The notes: generated from the letters alone by a model not told the origin. DNA of 61,476 nt, filler included, from Platydemus manokwari (GCA_037951405.1; 6 parts of 6 records of this genome joined end to end with filler, not necessarily neighbours in it); one strand, 5' to 3'. Counted from the whole stretch's first letter, positions 39,443 to 53,211 are shown. Translations and numbers: made by a program.

Positions 39443-40399
39443 AGCGATTTAACTGAAATTAAAAATCTTTACCTTCTCAATATTAATAATAAGCGAAATT
39501 TACTGAATTTTAGACAATAACGAATTCAAATACAAGTATTTAGTGCCTTAATTTTGTAGATAGAATAATGTTCTTAAAAAGCTTTTATACGGTGTCAATT
39601 TGGTCATAGGTCGATTGTTTTTACAAAATTATCATTTATAAATTTAATCGGTTATTGTTTCAAAAATCACCCTTGTGAGACACCCTTGAATTTCAGTAGC
39701 TTTATGAATCATTTTACGTAATTTTATCGATAACTCTAATGCCAAAACAAAAAATAATATCAATCAGGTAAACAATATTATATTTATCAAAACATTAATG
39801 ATGTAAATGAATTATGTGAAATTAAAGTTTTATATCATTGGCTGATTATTTATATAATATGAAATAAGTCTAGACTTTTATTCCATTAACCCCTAATATT
39901 GTTCAGAACCGGACTTAATTTCGGACGAATAGGAATAGTACTTTGGAGGCTTAATACCACTTATTACTTTTAACACTACTGATTTGTAAGTTTGTGAATT
40001 TGTTTGACAATTCGTGTATAATGAGGATGGTTTAAGTAGAGATATCATAAGCAAGTAGCAATTTATCAGTTGATATTGTGTGCGACTTCTCAATCTTCCT
40101 CATCGTAGCTGTAACAGGAAAAATTTGCAAAGCGCAGAAACATTTTATATATTTTATAACTATTTCAAATGAGAGCTATTTCAAAATGGATCTCTCTTCA
40201 TTTTAATCATCGATTTTGTTAAAATCTTCTTCCGTTGTATAAGAAAGTTTTGATTGGCTTTAGATTTTGTTAAACAACCATTTTTCGAAGAAAACAAACA
40301 TAGTCACACAGTTACCATTTCAAGGAAACTCAGGAATATAAGACTAATTTTATTTTTGATTTAGTTAAAGTACATTATAAGTTTATTGGAAATTTGGAA

Positions 40400-41570
40400 T
40401 GAGATTTATAAAGATAACAAGGTGAATTAATTTAAAAATTCAACTCCATCTCAATTCTGATTGTGTTTCTTTGAACATTCTTTAAATAAATTCATATTCA
40501 TTTTCTTTTATTTACTTCTTATTGAATTCCTTTATTTGTAATTTTTGTTAAAATATCATCATGATTCTTATAGCTAATCATTCTGTTAATATCTGTCCGT
40601 TTAATTAATCTTTTAATTTACCGAGAACTTAATTTATTAAATTATATAAATATAGATATCTAGTAAACTTTGAACAATCAAATTCATTTTTTAATGATTC
40701 ATCATTATTTATATCTAATATATTTATGTCTAATATTTAATATATATGAATTGGTATCCACATATAAAATTTCAACATTTTCCACATTTTTTCCAAATAT
40801 TACAATAAAGTTCATACATTAATAATTTACTTTTATTCTAAAATACAAAATCCTAAATAAATTGGTTTATTTTATTCTACCTGTTCTTTGTGATAATTAA
40901 TTACAAATAGATTTTCATTAAATTTTGTAAATCTTTTATAAGTTGATTTTCTATTTTATTTCTTGGCTTTCTGTAGATCTGGAAATAATTCTATATATTC
41001 GCGTTTTCCAATATTATCAATCGTTTCAACAAAAAAGAAACATTTATCAATTTTCAAATATCTTCAAATTTACGTCTAGCTCTTGTTCTCAAATCTGTAT
41101 TTAATTTAAAATATTCTTTCAGCTATGATTTCTGACCACATAATAATATCCGATTTATTCGTTTTACTTTCATACCTATTTTCCAAAAAGACTAAAAATG
41201 TACAACATAACTATTTTTAACTATCTGATCACAAATTAATAATTCATATAAATTAATCTTTTCTTTCTCAATCTTTTCGTTTTGATTTACACTAAATAAT
41301 TCCAAATTTATTTTCTTTCTCTGTAAAGGCAATGGAAAATTTTGTGTCAATTGTTTACATTCCATTGTATTTTCTAAATCGACTTCTAAAATCATTCCTT
41401 TTGTTTTTGGAATCTGGTGGAAGTTAATTTAATATTGAAAATAATTTATCTAAATTTTATTTATGTCTCAAGGTATGACTCATTTAAATTTTTTATAAAG
41501 ATAATGGTTCATTCATTGTCCAACCATATTAATTATTAGCATCAATTATAACCATATATTATGGGGGAAT
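40400..41570 (-). mobile_element. Degenerate Polinton/Maverick protein-primed DNA polymerase B
   Basis: Ordered motifs IIDANN*YGWTMNEPL (DANNLYGWAMSQPLP), MILEVDLE...NFPLP (ILEVDLEYP...DYPLAP) and EILYVDTNSY (YTDTDS). Confidence 0.8.
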
Positions 41571-41812
41571 ATTAAGCGAATATGGGGGATGATCAAGAAT
41601 TTCATAGCCAAGCTCATACAACTTTTTTGTCGTAATCAAAGTAACATGTGGGCGAGCGTTACCATGGAGGATAATTGGGCCTTTTCTGTGCACTAATGCC
41701 GGGCACATACTTCTCAAATTTTGGTGCATATCGTAAATTTGTTGACAATACTTTTCAGCAGTTATTGTTTCTCCAGGTTTCAGGAAGCTATAATGGATTA
41801 AACCGGCCGAAG
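41570..41812 (+). mobile_element. Tc1/mariner-superfamily transposase fragment cut by the gap
   Basis: RIWG...KVTCGRALPWRIIGPF resembles N.RIW...KV.VW......IIGPFF. Confidence 0.45.
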
Positions 41813-41912
41813 NNNNNNNNNNNNNNNNNNNNNNNNNNNNNNNNNNNNNNNNNNNNTTAATTAATTAANNNNNNNNNNNNNNNNNNNNNNNNNNNNNNNN
41901 NNNNNNNNNNNN
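41813..41912. other. Assembly spacer 44N-TTAATTAATTAA-44N
   Basis: Same structure as the other spacers; followed by an (ATA)n/(TGA)n microsatellite at 41913-42010. Confidence 0.97.
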
Positions 41913-41951
41913 ATAATAATAGTGATAATAATAATAATAATGATGATGATG

Positions 41952-41991
<40 letters not shown>

Positions 41992-42549
41992 TAATAATAA
42001 TAATAATAAAAATTATGAAATACAAATTATCGAAATAATCACGAATAGCGGGGTGAACATTTCTAAATACTCTTCAACCTCTAACAATTGTGATCAGCGA
42101 GCAGATGTTTCAGGCATCGACCAAAGTGATTTTAAACAACAATTGACACCAATCAGTATTGATTTCAAAATAATTCAACGGCCAGATGCCTTACGATTTC
42201 ATTTTTAAAGCAGATTCGAGAAACGGGGAAATTGGGAAATCTTAGCAGTTGAAGTGGTCAATTTATTAGCCCCTGGTGGCCACGGTAGAAGTAATTGGGC
42301 GTGTTAATTATTACAATTTCAGATTAAATTTTTATTTTCAGCAATAAATGGATCATTTTACTGCGGTCTGGTTGATATGTTTACAACACAATTTGATTGA
42401 TAAATTCCAAATTACATTCATTTATAGAGATCTCTGAAATTTAATCAATTATTAATTTGTTTTAATTCGTTGAATTTTTTTTGAAAGATATTACGTTAAT
42501 TTTATTCGATTTTTATTCATTTTCAACAGCTTTATCAATTCATATCTGA

Positions 42550-42670
42550 TAAATAAATCAATAGATAAATAAATAGATCAATAAATAAACATAGAATTAA
42601 ATAATTAAATAAATCAATAAATAAATCAATAAATCAATAGATAATTAAATAATTAAATAAATAAATATTA
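42550..42670. repeat. Degenerate (AAAT)n-type low-complexity repeat
   Basis: Repeated ATAAATAAATCA/ATAGATAA units. Confidence 0.75.
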
Positions 42671-44550
42671 CATATTTATTATCTTGTGAATTAATATTTT
42701 TTTATTTTATAATATTTCATTGATTATTGATTTAATGAGTTATGAAATTTATTTAATCAATTATTTTTAATCGATAATTAATTATTTTATTATAATTTAT
42801 TTTTGTATAATTATTATTAATAATTGTTTTAATTAATCATGTAATAATCTATTAAATTTTTAAATTTCTATAGAAGTGAAAATTATTTATTATTATTTTA
42901 TAATAATAATAATTATTATTATTATATTTTGAATTTCTATAATTTAAATTCAAATAACGATTATTGGATAAATACAATGGATTAACTCATTAATTTTCTG
43001 GAACATAACATAAATAGATCGTGACAGGAAAACGAGAGAGCGTCTTAGAAAGCTATCAAACATTGCCGGAACTAATAAATATTATTGCTAGTCTATTTAT
43101 CCAATAATAAAATTCAAACCTGTAGAAATATGCGTGACGTGACAAAAATTGTGACGAAAAGAATTGTTGTTCATAATAATTTGTTAAAATGATAATCAGA
43201 TATGTAAAAATTGTTTTAACAGAAAGCTGGCTTGAAAAATGCTAATGAATTATCTTAATCTCAATTATGTTTTCTCTGTTGTTGGTTGGTTGAAATGTAG
43301 CGCTATGTGATGGAACAGTGAGATTTGTACTTTTAAAAATCGCTTCACTAATGTCAAGAGAGAAATGTCTGAAAGTTTCTGGTCATCCTTGACAATGATA
43401 AGATGGATAAAACGATAACAACTCGTAGAGTGAACAAGAAAATCGAGGCAACATATAAACAATTGTGATGGTTCTTGTTTTAATGATTTGGCAGAATACT
43501 AATATTTCACTCGACAGTATTATTTTGAATTCAACAACATGCAATCTTCTCGTATGGTGAGCATTTGCAGTTCAATCATGATTGTGAAAAACTTATTGCT
43601 CTATTATTTGTATTGATCCCGTCTGGATTCCATATCAGTAGTTCTGATTTTGATGTCAATAAATTTATTTTCTGAAAGGAATTAGCAAACAAACGATCAC
43701 ATGGGCTATTGATTTTACTCGCTTGATAGTTTGTGAATATATTTATTGTGAATATAATAAATATATCTGATGATATCAGATTGAATTTAATCATAACGGG
43801 GTTATTCTGAAACTATTCGATGATGTTGAATCACAGATAGGTTTTGTTTCAATGATTTCTGTACCATACTTCATAATGCAAGAATCGGATTGTAAATTTC
43901 ATCTTCCACTCGAAATAATTGTCGCCCATCAGTGAATGTTTTATAAATAGGCTTGCCAAGTCTGATAAGTTTCAGTGAAGAACAAATACCTTAAGAATCC
44001 ATCTAAACAATTTTTTAAATAATTCTGTAATTTATTAATATAAAGCCCATATAATAAAAATAAAATACAAATGAAAAAATATTCAAGATATTCTTGATCG
44101 GGGCCTTTCACGAACATCAGTAAATTTAATAAAATCAATTAATTTACGAAATATCTAATTCTCGATTTATATCTTTACAAATGAATATCTTTTACCATAA
44201 AAATCTTATAAGGCACACCATTTTCAAAATAAAGAACATTTACAGTTTTTTTTTACCAATCTGAACAACCTGAATAAAAGACTTCCCTTTTCAATTCTGT
44301 TTGCAAATAGGATGATTTTAATTATTAATGTTACACAGCATTGATCAAATTAAATATTATCAAATTTTATATATTATTAATTATATATTATCAATTATAT
44401 ATTATCAATTATACATTTATAAAAATAAACATAAAATAAATTAATACCACTAGGAGAATCTTTTGTGATTAATAAGAAAAAAAATTTTGGATTTGGTTTT
44501 AATGAAACGAATATTTGAAATATTCGATAATTATTAAAGATCACAAATTT

Positions 44551-45156
44551 TGGCTAAGGTTAAGAAAAGGAGTCCTAAAATAAAATTTTAGATCTGTTGA
44601 GTGTATTGCAAAAATCTGTATAGTCTATTTAATTATATTCTTTACAAATATTTTGAATTTTTTATTTAAGTTCTTAAAAAGAATTTAAGCGGTTTGATAT
44701 AAAATTTTAAAAACACCAGAGCTTCAAATTCTTATAAAATTTGATTATTTGAAAAACAGATCAAAGTAGTTCGAATTGCGATTTATTGAAAATTAACGTG
44801 GACCCCTTTTCTTAACATTAGAAGCAAATTAAGAGACACTCTCAATTTTTACAATTATTTTATAAAAATAAGCAATGACATTATTGAACATGTTTGTAAT
44901 TAACTAACTCGATTTATAATTTAAAAAAATTAATTTAAAAACTCAATAATATAAAAGTGTTGTGATTAGAATGGGAACTTGGTTTTAAAACTATGTTTTG
45001 TCACTATTAGACATCCTGAAAAGTGAGATATTAACTGAATTATACGATTAAATCAAACATCGTAATTTTGGTATAAAATTAAATTATAAAGTTATGTCAT
45101 GCACGGAAATTCATTACAAAAGTAGGTCAAAATACCCATTTTCTTAACTTAAGTCC
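44551..45156. mobile_element. Copy 2 of the ~550-600-bp element, with imperfect TIRs (non-autonomous DNA transposon)
   Basis: Left end TGGCTAAGGTTAAGAAAAGGAGT versus reverse complement of the right end GGACTTAAGTTAAGAAAATGGGT (17/23 match). Homologous to 33460-33980. Confidence 0.75.
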
Positions 45157-46299
45157 AATTTTAAATAGAGTGACCCATATATGACATGTTTATATTCATT
45201 TAAATATATTTAACAACATTATTCTGACTAAGACGATGACTGAATATTAATTAAAATATATACTTAATTAAAATTTGTAATTAAATTGAAATTTCCAATT
45301 CGAAAATCAAGTCGAGAAAGCATGATTTTTTCAAATTCAATCCATTCATTTCAATAGCTGGAAAAATGATTAGTATAATTAAATTTATGAAGCAATCATA
45401 ATGATTTTTAGTCTGTATCCATTGGTAACGTTCAATGTTTCTAGAGTTGGTTGGAAAAATGTATGGAAACCATTAAAATTAGACAGTTTTCTACGTAAAA
45501 CCACAAAGAATTCAATTATCGGAAACCCTGAAAATAGTTTTCTTTAATTTCTTGATGACAATTTTCTGATTTTACCAATTCAATTCGATCATTCACACGG
45601 ATAGAGCATTCAGTGAATAAAAAATTCGCCATAATATAAAAAACAAACAAAAGATAAATTAAAATGTGGGGAAAAAATTCATTTTGTGATAAAAGTTGTG
45701 AAAAATTCCACTTTTTTTCTCCTTTATCTCGATTTCCCATTGGTACGAGTAGAGAAAATCGTATTTAGAATGCTTTCAACTACTTACTGATGTTGAGTAA
45801 TACTTTTGAAAAAAAAGGATTTATTTTTTGTACATCGTTTTCTCTATCGAATGTCGACTAAAGTTGAATGGGTATTGAATTAATAATTGGCGTATAAATC
45901 GATAAATATTTCTATGAAAATGTCATTGTGTGATGAAACAATGTCAGATAAACAGGTTGAGAGTGTGGATATGTTTCATGTAAATCCTGTCTTTTACATT
46001 GACGTTAATTAGGTAAATTTTAAAAAGATTATCAAAATTTACAAAACAATTTGGCCTGGCACAGAAACGTGTCTGACTGCAAATACAAAAATAAGAGCTT
46101 TCACTTAATAAAATTTTTATTTATAATCCAACCGGTTACAAGCCTATATATCAAACCACTACCAGTAATCAAACTTTTAATTGATAGATCATGTATCATT
46201 GCTAGAGATAATGTTGTGAACCCACTAATATTACTTTAAGAATGTTGTTTAGTAATCACATTTACTCATATTATATGGTACTCAATTATTGTTCGATCT

Positions 46300-47660
46300 A
46301 TGATTACTTAATCTCATCAGATTAATAATCATAATACATGATTTAAAATGTCACAACACTAGTACTGCTAAGTTCATAAATATCAATAAGAGTCCTTGTG
46401 AAACTAAGTTTTGAAAATCACCAGTAGAAATATCACAAGCCTTTTTTTCAATAACCACTATAAACACTGAGTTATCTTCTTTTCTAAGCCATTTGATAGT
46501 CAGTAGCTAATTGTTTTTATTATTGTTCGTTTTGTGAAATTTGTTATATAAACTTATTAGTTATCCAATATCCAGATTTTTTATATATAACCAATATGTT
46601 TGTAACGGCTGTAGGTTACAATCCACCAATCGGCAAGTTATTAAATAATGTATTCGAAATGCTAACAGGTACCAATGGTTTATAAAGACTTCAAAACTGA
46701 TTTATCGTTGGATTGTCAGTTGAAAATGGCAAATGACTCTTAACACTTATTGATTATCATTTATAATTAAGAATTTAGTGCAATTGGGTTGTAATCTATG
46801 GCTAAGATAGTTGAAATTTTATTATATTGATTACAAATGTTTAAAAATCAAAACTTATTATTGGGTATTTTATTCAACTTCTCTGGATATCGTAACTATT
46901 TGAATACACAGCGAAACCTATTTATTGGTATGATCTTAATGATAGTCACTACTTTGAGAATCCATAGCAAATCTTATTATTATTAAAACAATAATATTTT
47001 CGTTTATCGTGTGTTCGGAGAACCGGGTTTTACTCATTGACTTTCAATGATCCATGAAAAATGATCCAGTCATATATACTCTGAGCTGCTGACAAATAAG
47101 GCAGTTTACCTTTTGAGTTCCTATTTTGATTTCTATTATTTTGCTACGACAATATTATTTCAATCTCAATTCGATCGACTTCTTTAATTTTGAAACATTC
47201 AGTCAATCCACAAATATGCAGTTACCGGCGTACAAATAGCAGACCGGTGTCATGTTTTGGAAACAATTCTTTCGGTTGACTTTTGTTTTCCACCGATTAC
47301 ACGACTTGCAGCTTAAGTACGCACATATAGTGTTAAATTTCGAACTTCATTTGTTCCTACTGTCCGTCAATGTGTTAATTAAAATCCGACATTGCATCAT
47401 AAGTGTAAAGTGAATGAAATCTTTGTTGGGACGAAATATCCTGGTAACATTTTGACGATTTTTCATTCATAACCTCATTAATATAACATCAATTGTAATA
47501 ACAAAAAATCGTCATTGTGTTCTTTAATAATTACAAGTTTTTGGCAAAGCTCACAGTTGATTTCTGGGATAGTTGAGACCACAGGTTGATAAACTTTATG
47601 AGCAATATGTTGCTTTTTAAACATTTCCACAAGTGGACAATGACGATTTATTTCTATTAA
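46300..47660 (-). mobile_element. Possible highly degenerate LTR-retrotransposon gag/protease/integrase remnant
   Basis: RHCPL (knuckle-like), INTLTDSR (protease-like), KPLVPVSISNTLF (cf. PL.PIP....PF), in the expected order. Confidence 0.35.
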
Positions 47661-50099
47661 AGTTTACAATTAAAACATATTATATTGATCAATTTTAAAA
47701 AAAGATCAATTAATGTATTATATAATGTTTTCAAACCTCGTTTATTGAATCAGTGTTAATAAAGCGACTTATTACTGTTCACGTGATATTAATCGAGTTC
47801 GACTGTATTTTGAAATTATTTTTCAATTCTTGACACCATTTAATATCTTAAAGACAGAAGTGATTAAATGTCATGACAATTCAATCCACCTGACATTATA
47901 TGTGTAATTTAAATAATATTTTATAATCGGTTTTCATTTAATTTCATGTGTAGATGCACTCCAGAAAATTTTTAATGTTTATATTCACCTAAACATTATG
48001 AAGTTTACAATACATATACTTCTCGAACGGATCAAGAAAATCAAAACAAATTTTGGTTAGGAAAATCAAAAATAAAAGAAATTTCCATCAGTAACTTTCT
48101 GATAAAATTATCCAATGCATTTAAATGTGTATTTTACGGATTTATGGTTTTCTATTTCTACACTTTGGCGAATATTAGCCGATTTTGAATGGTTTTACTT
48201 CTTATCAAGAATCATTAACATCCTTTACAAACACAAGCTTCTCCACTGAATCCAGTTTATATTTTCCCTACAAATAACGAAATGATCCCTCTGTTCTTTG
48301 CGTGTCTGTTTGTAAAACGTTTGAAATATTTATAAGATCACTTAATAGAATACAAAATATCCGAATTAGTAAAAATAAATAACCAATTACCAATGATGTA
48401 ATGAATAAACGACTTTTATTTTGTTTTCATCAATCGAAATGAAATAAATCCAATCACTTCTTAAACAGTCCATCAAAAACAATTATTGTATCAGTGATAA
48501 TTGACATACAAAACACCAACAAACTCATCAAATATAAATGCCATTTTCATCAAATGAAACAAATGATCAGCAAAACACTGCGATTATTAATTGAGTTGAA
48601 AGTATGTCAGTAAAAATTTTTTATTGGAAAATAACGATAGACCTAATTTGTATTCAAGTGTATCGTATGATTGAAAAAAAATAGTTCAGCAAGAACAATT
48701 CAATTAAATTTAGATAAGAATTTAAATTATTGTATTGATTAAGGTTAAAAGAAACTAATATTCACGAAACAAGAGTAATTAGATAATGAAATACTTAGCA
48801 AATAACCACAGGAAACTAACAGACTGCGTAAAGTAGCACAGGCCATCGTTGGTTGTATGTAGTACCACACTTCGCAACCATTAGAGTATGGTTTAGTCGA
48901 CGGAAATCTCATGCTAATGTAGAAAGGGAGGTGTTACTTAACTTTTTATGAAATAGAAATATCAACTGTTGATTTCAATTTAAATTTCCGTTTCTTTATC
49001 CTGTTTAAAAAACACTAAAGATAGCAGAAACATTAATAATAATAAATGCATGTATAATTATTAGCATTGGATAAATTCATTCCCATTCTATACAGAGATG
49101 AGATTGGTAAAAATATTCTCGATGGTTGGAATTTATATTTGGAAAAATGTTACGTCGATGTTACAAACTCATCAGTCGAATATGTTTTAAAATATCTTGA
49201 ATGAAATCCTACAACGAAATTCTAATCAACCGCCAATAGGAATTTACTGAATTCTGGCTGCAACTACATATTTTTAGGTTTTTGTTTTCGTTTTTAAAGA
49301 TAAAGCAATCCTTGTACTAATAGAATGTTTTATATTTAAACTAATTAATTTTTTACTTGAATGTATCACGAAAATTCAAAAATATTTCAAGTATATTAAT
49401 TCCATACAACTTGATAAAGCTATTCGTATGATTACAGATAATAGAAGATATAGATGGAAATGCGTTTTAATCGATTCAGTTATCTTATATCAAAGGGTAC
49501 GAATGAAAACTTGTCATTTTTTGTCGAAACATTCTTTGGAAAATAATATCGATAATTCATCGTGAATTTTTGGTATTTACAATATAGATCCAATACCAAA
49601 GCTTACATTCTGGATGAGCGAGTAAAACCATTGTTTGAAGAATATAACATATTGATAATATCTGGAATTATACTAAGATATACTTAAAATGTAATATAAA
49701 AATGAATTATAAATCCTTTTGTCATTTTGATGATCATTTGAAATGGAAAATATACTAATACTATAACATATAAATGACCAATTTAATTTCTTTGAATATT
49801 TTTCTTAAATATACTTTTGTGGTTCGAAATTTTTAAAGTCTTTTTCATTTAAAATGAAATGGTAGCATTTACAGTATATGTTTTTCAATGTATTCGAATT
49901 ATTTAAATTAGTCATTACGAATACCAATAACATATATTTCTAACAAATATATTCATTAAAATATAATCAAGAGAGATTCAAAATCAATGTACAATATTTA
50001 GTACTTAAAATCATTAATCCTCACAGCTATTCTCACCGCCAAATAATTTAACAATGTAAATCCATTTTTCATTAATATTTCGGTGCTTATACCTTATAA

Positions 50100-50222
50100 C
50101 AGGGGTGGCCAACAGGTCGACCGTGATCGGCTGGTCGATCTTGAAGCCAATTTTAGTCGATCGCGTGAGATGTTATTCAAATGAAAAGTCGATCTTACGT
50201 GCACAAAAGTTGGCCACCTCTG
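50100..50222. mobile_element. 123-bp second copy of the hAT MITE, opposite orientation
   Basis: TIRs CAGGGGTGGCCAAC / GTTGGCCACCTCTG. The body is nearly the reverse complement of 13715-13819 plus ~18 nt. Confidence 0.92.
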
Positions 50223-51895
50223 GTGTACATTATCGATTATCAATTTAAATATTCCACTTGAACTTGAAAATCTTAATTAAGTTAATTTTGGTTTTTTTCT
50301 TTGATCGATAAATATTGATTAATCAAGTTAATTTTTGATATTTCAAATCATTTTTTATTTCATTATCTTACGGTAAATTAAATAAATTTCAAGATGGTCT
50401 TGGCCGAGGAATATTCAAAGTAGATATCATGTCTGATTGGTCACAATTACTTTATCCGTAATATGGATAATTATAATCAAATAATAATAATTATTATTAA
50501 TATCCTAGATATGCTACATCAATTCACATTATTACTATCAAATGACTTGACTGCACTCTCAACTACAAGCATTCCAAATTGCAGTGTACAGATATTGGCC
50601 ATTCATCAGACAATGAATAATATTCACCATTACGATCAAATTTGATACAACATCAAATTACTGTGCTTATTATCGTGTTATATCATAACACTCCCAAAAC
50701 TAGTGATAACATTCATGTAACCATTTACATGTATTTTGTTCGTTTTTCATTTCTGATATGTTCTGTGATAAACAATTTACAGGAAACACAAATAGAAATG
50801 GGAAGATAAATGATATCAAATGGACGTCATATGGTTGACGTCATGTGTTCCTTATTACATTTGTTCTATCAATGAGTTTCCATTAAAATTTTTATTAGAT
50901 TTGTTTTATCACCGGATATCTTAAGAGAATTTGTTTATCAATCAATTGATGAATCCAATAAAAATTGATTTGGTAGGATTTTCACTTTAATGATAGAATT
51001 TTTGAATTTGTAAGTCATGTAATAATTTATAATTTAGTAATTTAGTAATTCGTGATTTCAAAATTCACTTATCAGTGGTTTCGAGCTTGTGAAAGATTCC
51101 ATCAATCGTATTTCATTCGGGATTACATATGTGGTTCCAAATGTCGCTTTTATATGCATAGGAAATCAGAATATTTTAGCTAAATATGAAATGTAGCGAA
51201 AATTATCTCTATTTGAATTCTTTCCAAAATGTACTTTCCATCAGAACTTCCAACTCTATCAAGCTGTATCTCAACATCAATCATTTAAAATGATAATGCT
51301 ATCGGAATTTTGAAATTGGAATAATCAAGACAGATATGATAAGGAAATATATAAAATATATATAAGATAGACCTACATTTGTAATTCTTTAACATCCATT
51401 ACCATTGACCTCCGTAAAACTTGGATCTTATTCATCATCAATAGAAAGCCGGATGTATCAGCCTAGTGGATGCAAAGGATTTGGGGAAAAATGATCGGCT
51501 TCAATAAGAAGCTTTTATAAGAAGCTCATAGATTGTAACATTTAAATAAAACTGAAAAGCTTTCTTGGAATAAAGATGGGATAAATCGATGAATATGATT
51601 AAAATGTTTTGACCAAAAATATTACTTAAAATATAAATTATTATCATGATATTATCTCTAAATTTATATGTTTCTGGACCAATCTGGAGCTTGTAGTCAA
51701 GAAAGGTTGTGAACCAGCGGTTTTTTAAGTGGTTCTTTTAGACCTGAGATAATCTAGAATAACAACTAGAAAACTTATTCAATATATCCGGTTAATATTA
51801 TAAGATAGTAATAATAATAGTAATGAAAACAATATTGATTATTATGCACTAATTATAATCAATATGATAATGACAATCTTTATACTAATGATGTT

Positions 51896-51969
51896 ATTAG
51901 GTTGTCCCATATGAAATGTCCGATTTTTATATATTGAACTTTAAATCAAAATTTTTTAAAAACTACTTA
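51896..51969 (+). mobile_element. Mariner-like terminal inverted repeat at the contig end
   Basis: TATTAGGTTGTCCCATATGAAATGTCCG resembles mariner TIR starts (TA-TTAGGTTG). Truncated by the gap. Confidence 0.5.
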
Positions 51970-52069
51970 NNNNNNNNNNNNNNNNNNNNNNNNNNNNNNN
52001 NNNNNNNNNNNNNTTAATTAATTAANNNNNNNNNNNNNNNNNNNNNNNNNNNNNNNNNNNNNNNNNNNN
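51970..52069. other. Assembly spacer 44N-TTAATTAATTAA-44N
   Basis: Same structure as the other spacers. Confidence 0.97.
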
Positions 52070-53211
52070 AAACCCCAACAGATATATAAAATATTAAATC
52101 TGATAATTAAGAAATATTAAATTTAATAAATAAAAAGAAAAATCAATTGAATTTATTTATTTAGTTTTCAAATTTATTGAATTTATTTATGAAATTTAAC
52201 ATAATTATGTTTCTGTATAATGGAATTTAATATTTTTTATTTATTGAACTTATTTATCTATCAAATTTAACTTAAAATTTTATATAATTAGTTTAATAGT
52301 AAAAAACAAATTATAAATCAAAATTAGTATTAAATGGTTACAAAAATAGAAAACTTGAAATGGATAGAAAAAGTAAAGAAGCCTATATTAATATTAATAT
52401 AAGAGTAAAATTATGAAATACTCCCAGAAATTCTGAATAGAGATATTTCATATTCCATCTATTCAAGAATTTTGTATTTTACAATATTTCACAAGCCAAT
52501 AGATGTGCGTATCCTAAAATTAAAAGAAAATAAAATGAAATTAGATTTCCAAAATTTAGTTCTAAAAATCCTAAAACTAAATTAGTTAAAACTTTGAGAC
52601 ATATTTTTATAAGGACTCACAAATCATCGTCGAAAGTAGTATCTCAAAATATAATAATATTAAGTCAAATAGAAAATACAAAATATTCAAAATAATATAC
52701 TCTAAAGATTTTAATTTTCAAGTAAACTTAATTGATTGCATTAAAAATATAATTTATTTAAAATTTAATTAATTAGCCGTGGTAATAATTTAACCACATC
52801 AAAATATTATTAGAGATCATCTAAGATTGTTGATTCAGATTTTATTGGGTGACAAAGTCATCGAAACAAAATATTTGAAATCGTAGCAAATTTTCTAACT
52901 TCTCGTTAACATTGTAATAAATGATTTTGTTCATAATATTATATTAAATGAAAAGCACGACACGAAGACTATTTTTTTAACACAATTATTTTAATAACTA
53001 TAGTAATATTATTATTTTATAGGGTAATATTTTCTCTATTATTTTAAAATTCAAAGTAATTGTTCTTCTTTTTCAAATATATATATATATATGTATCTGT
53101 TTGTCTGTTTATCGAGAAGTAATGGTTCTCCAAACTCACTAAATACATTTTCATTTTTTTATTCTGATAAATGTTTGTTTAAATAATCGTTGTTTGATTT
53201 GAAATTTAAAA

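Noticed and set aside
43000-49700. ORF-like debris at 43000-44150 and 47950-49700, possibly MULE-type transposases
   Set aside because: No motif clear enough to assign.
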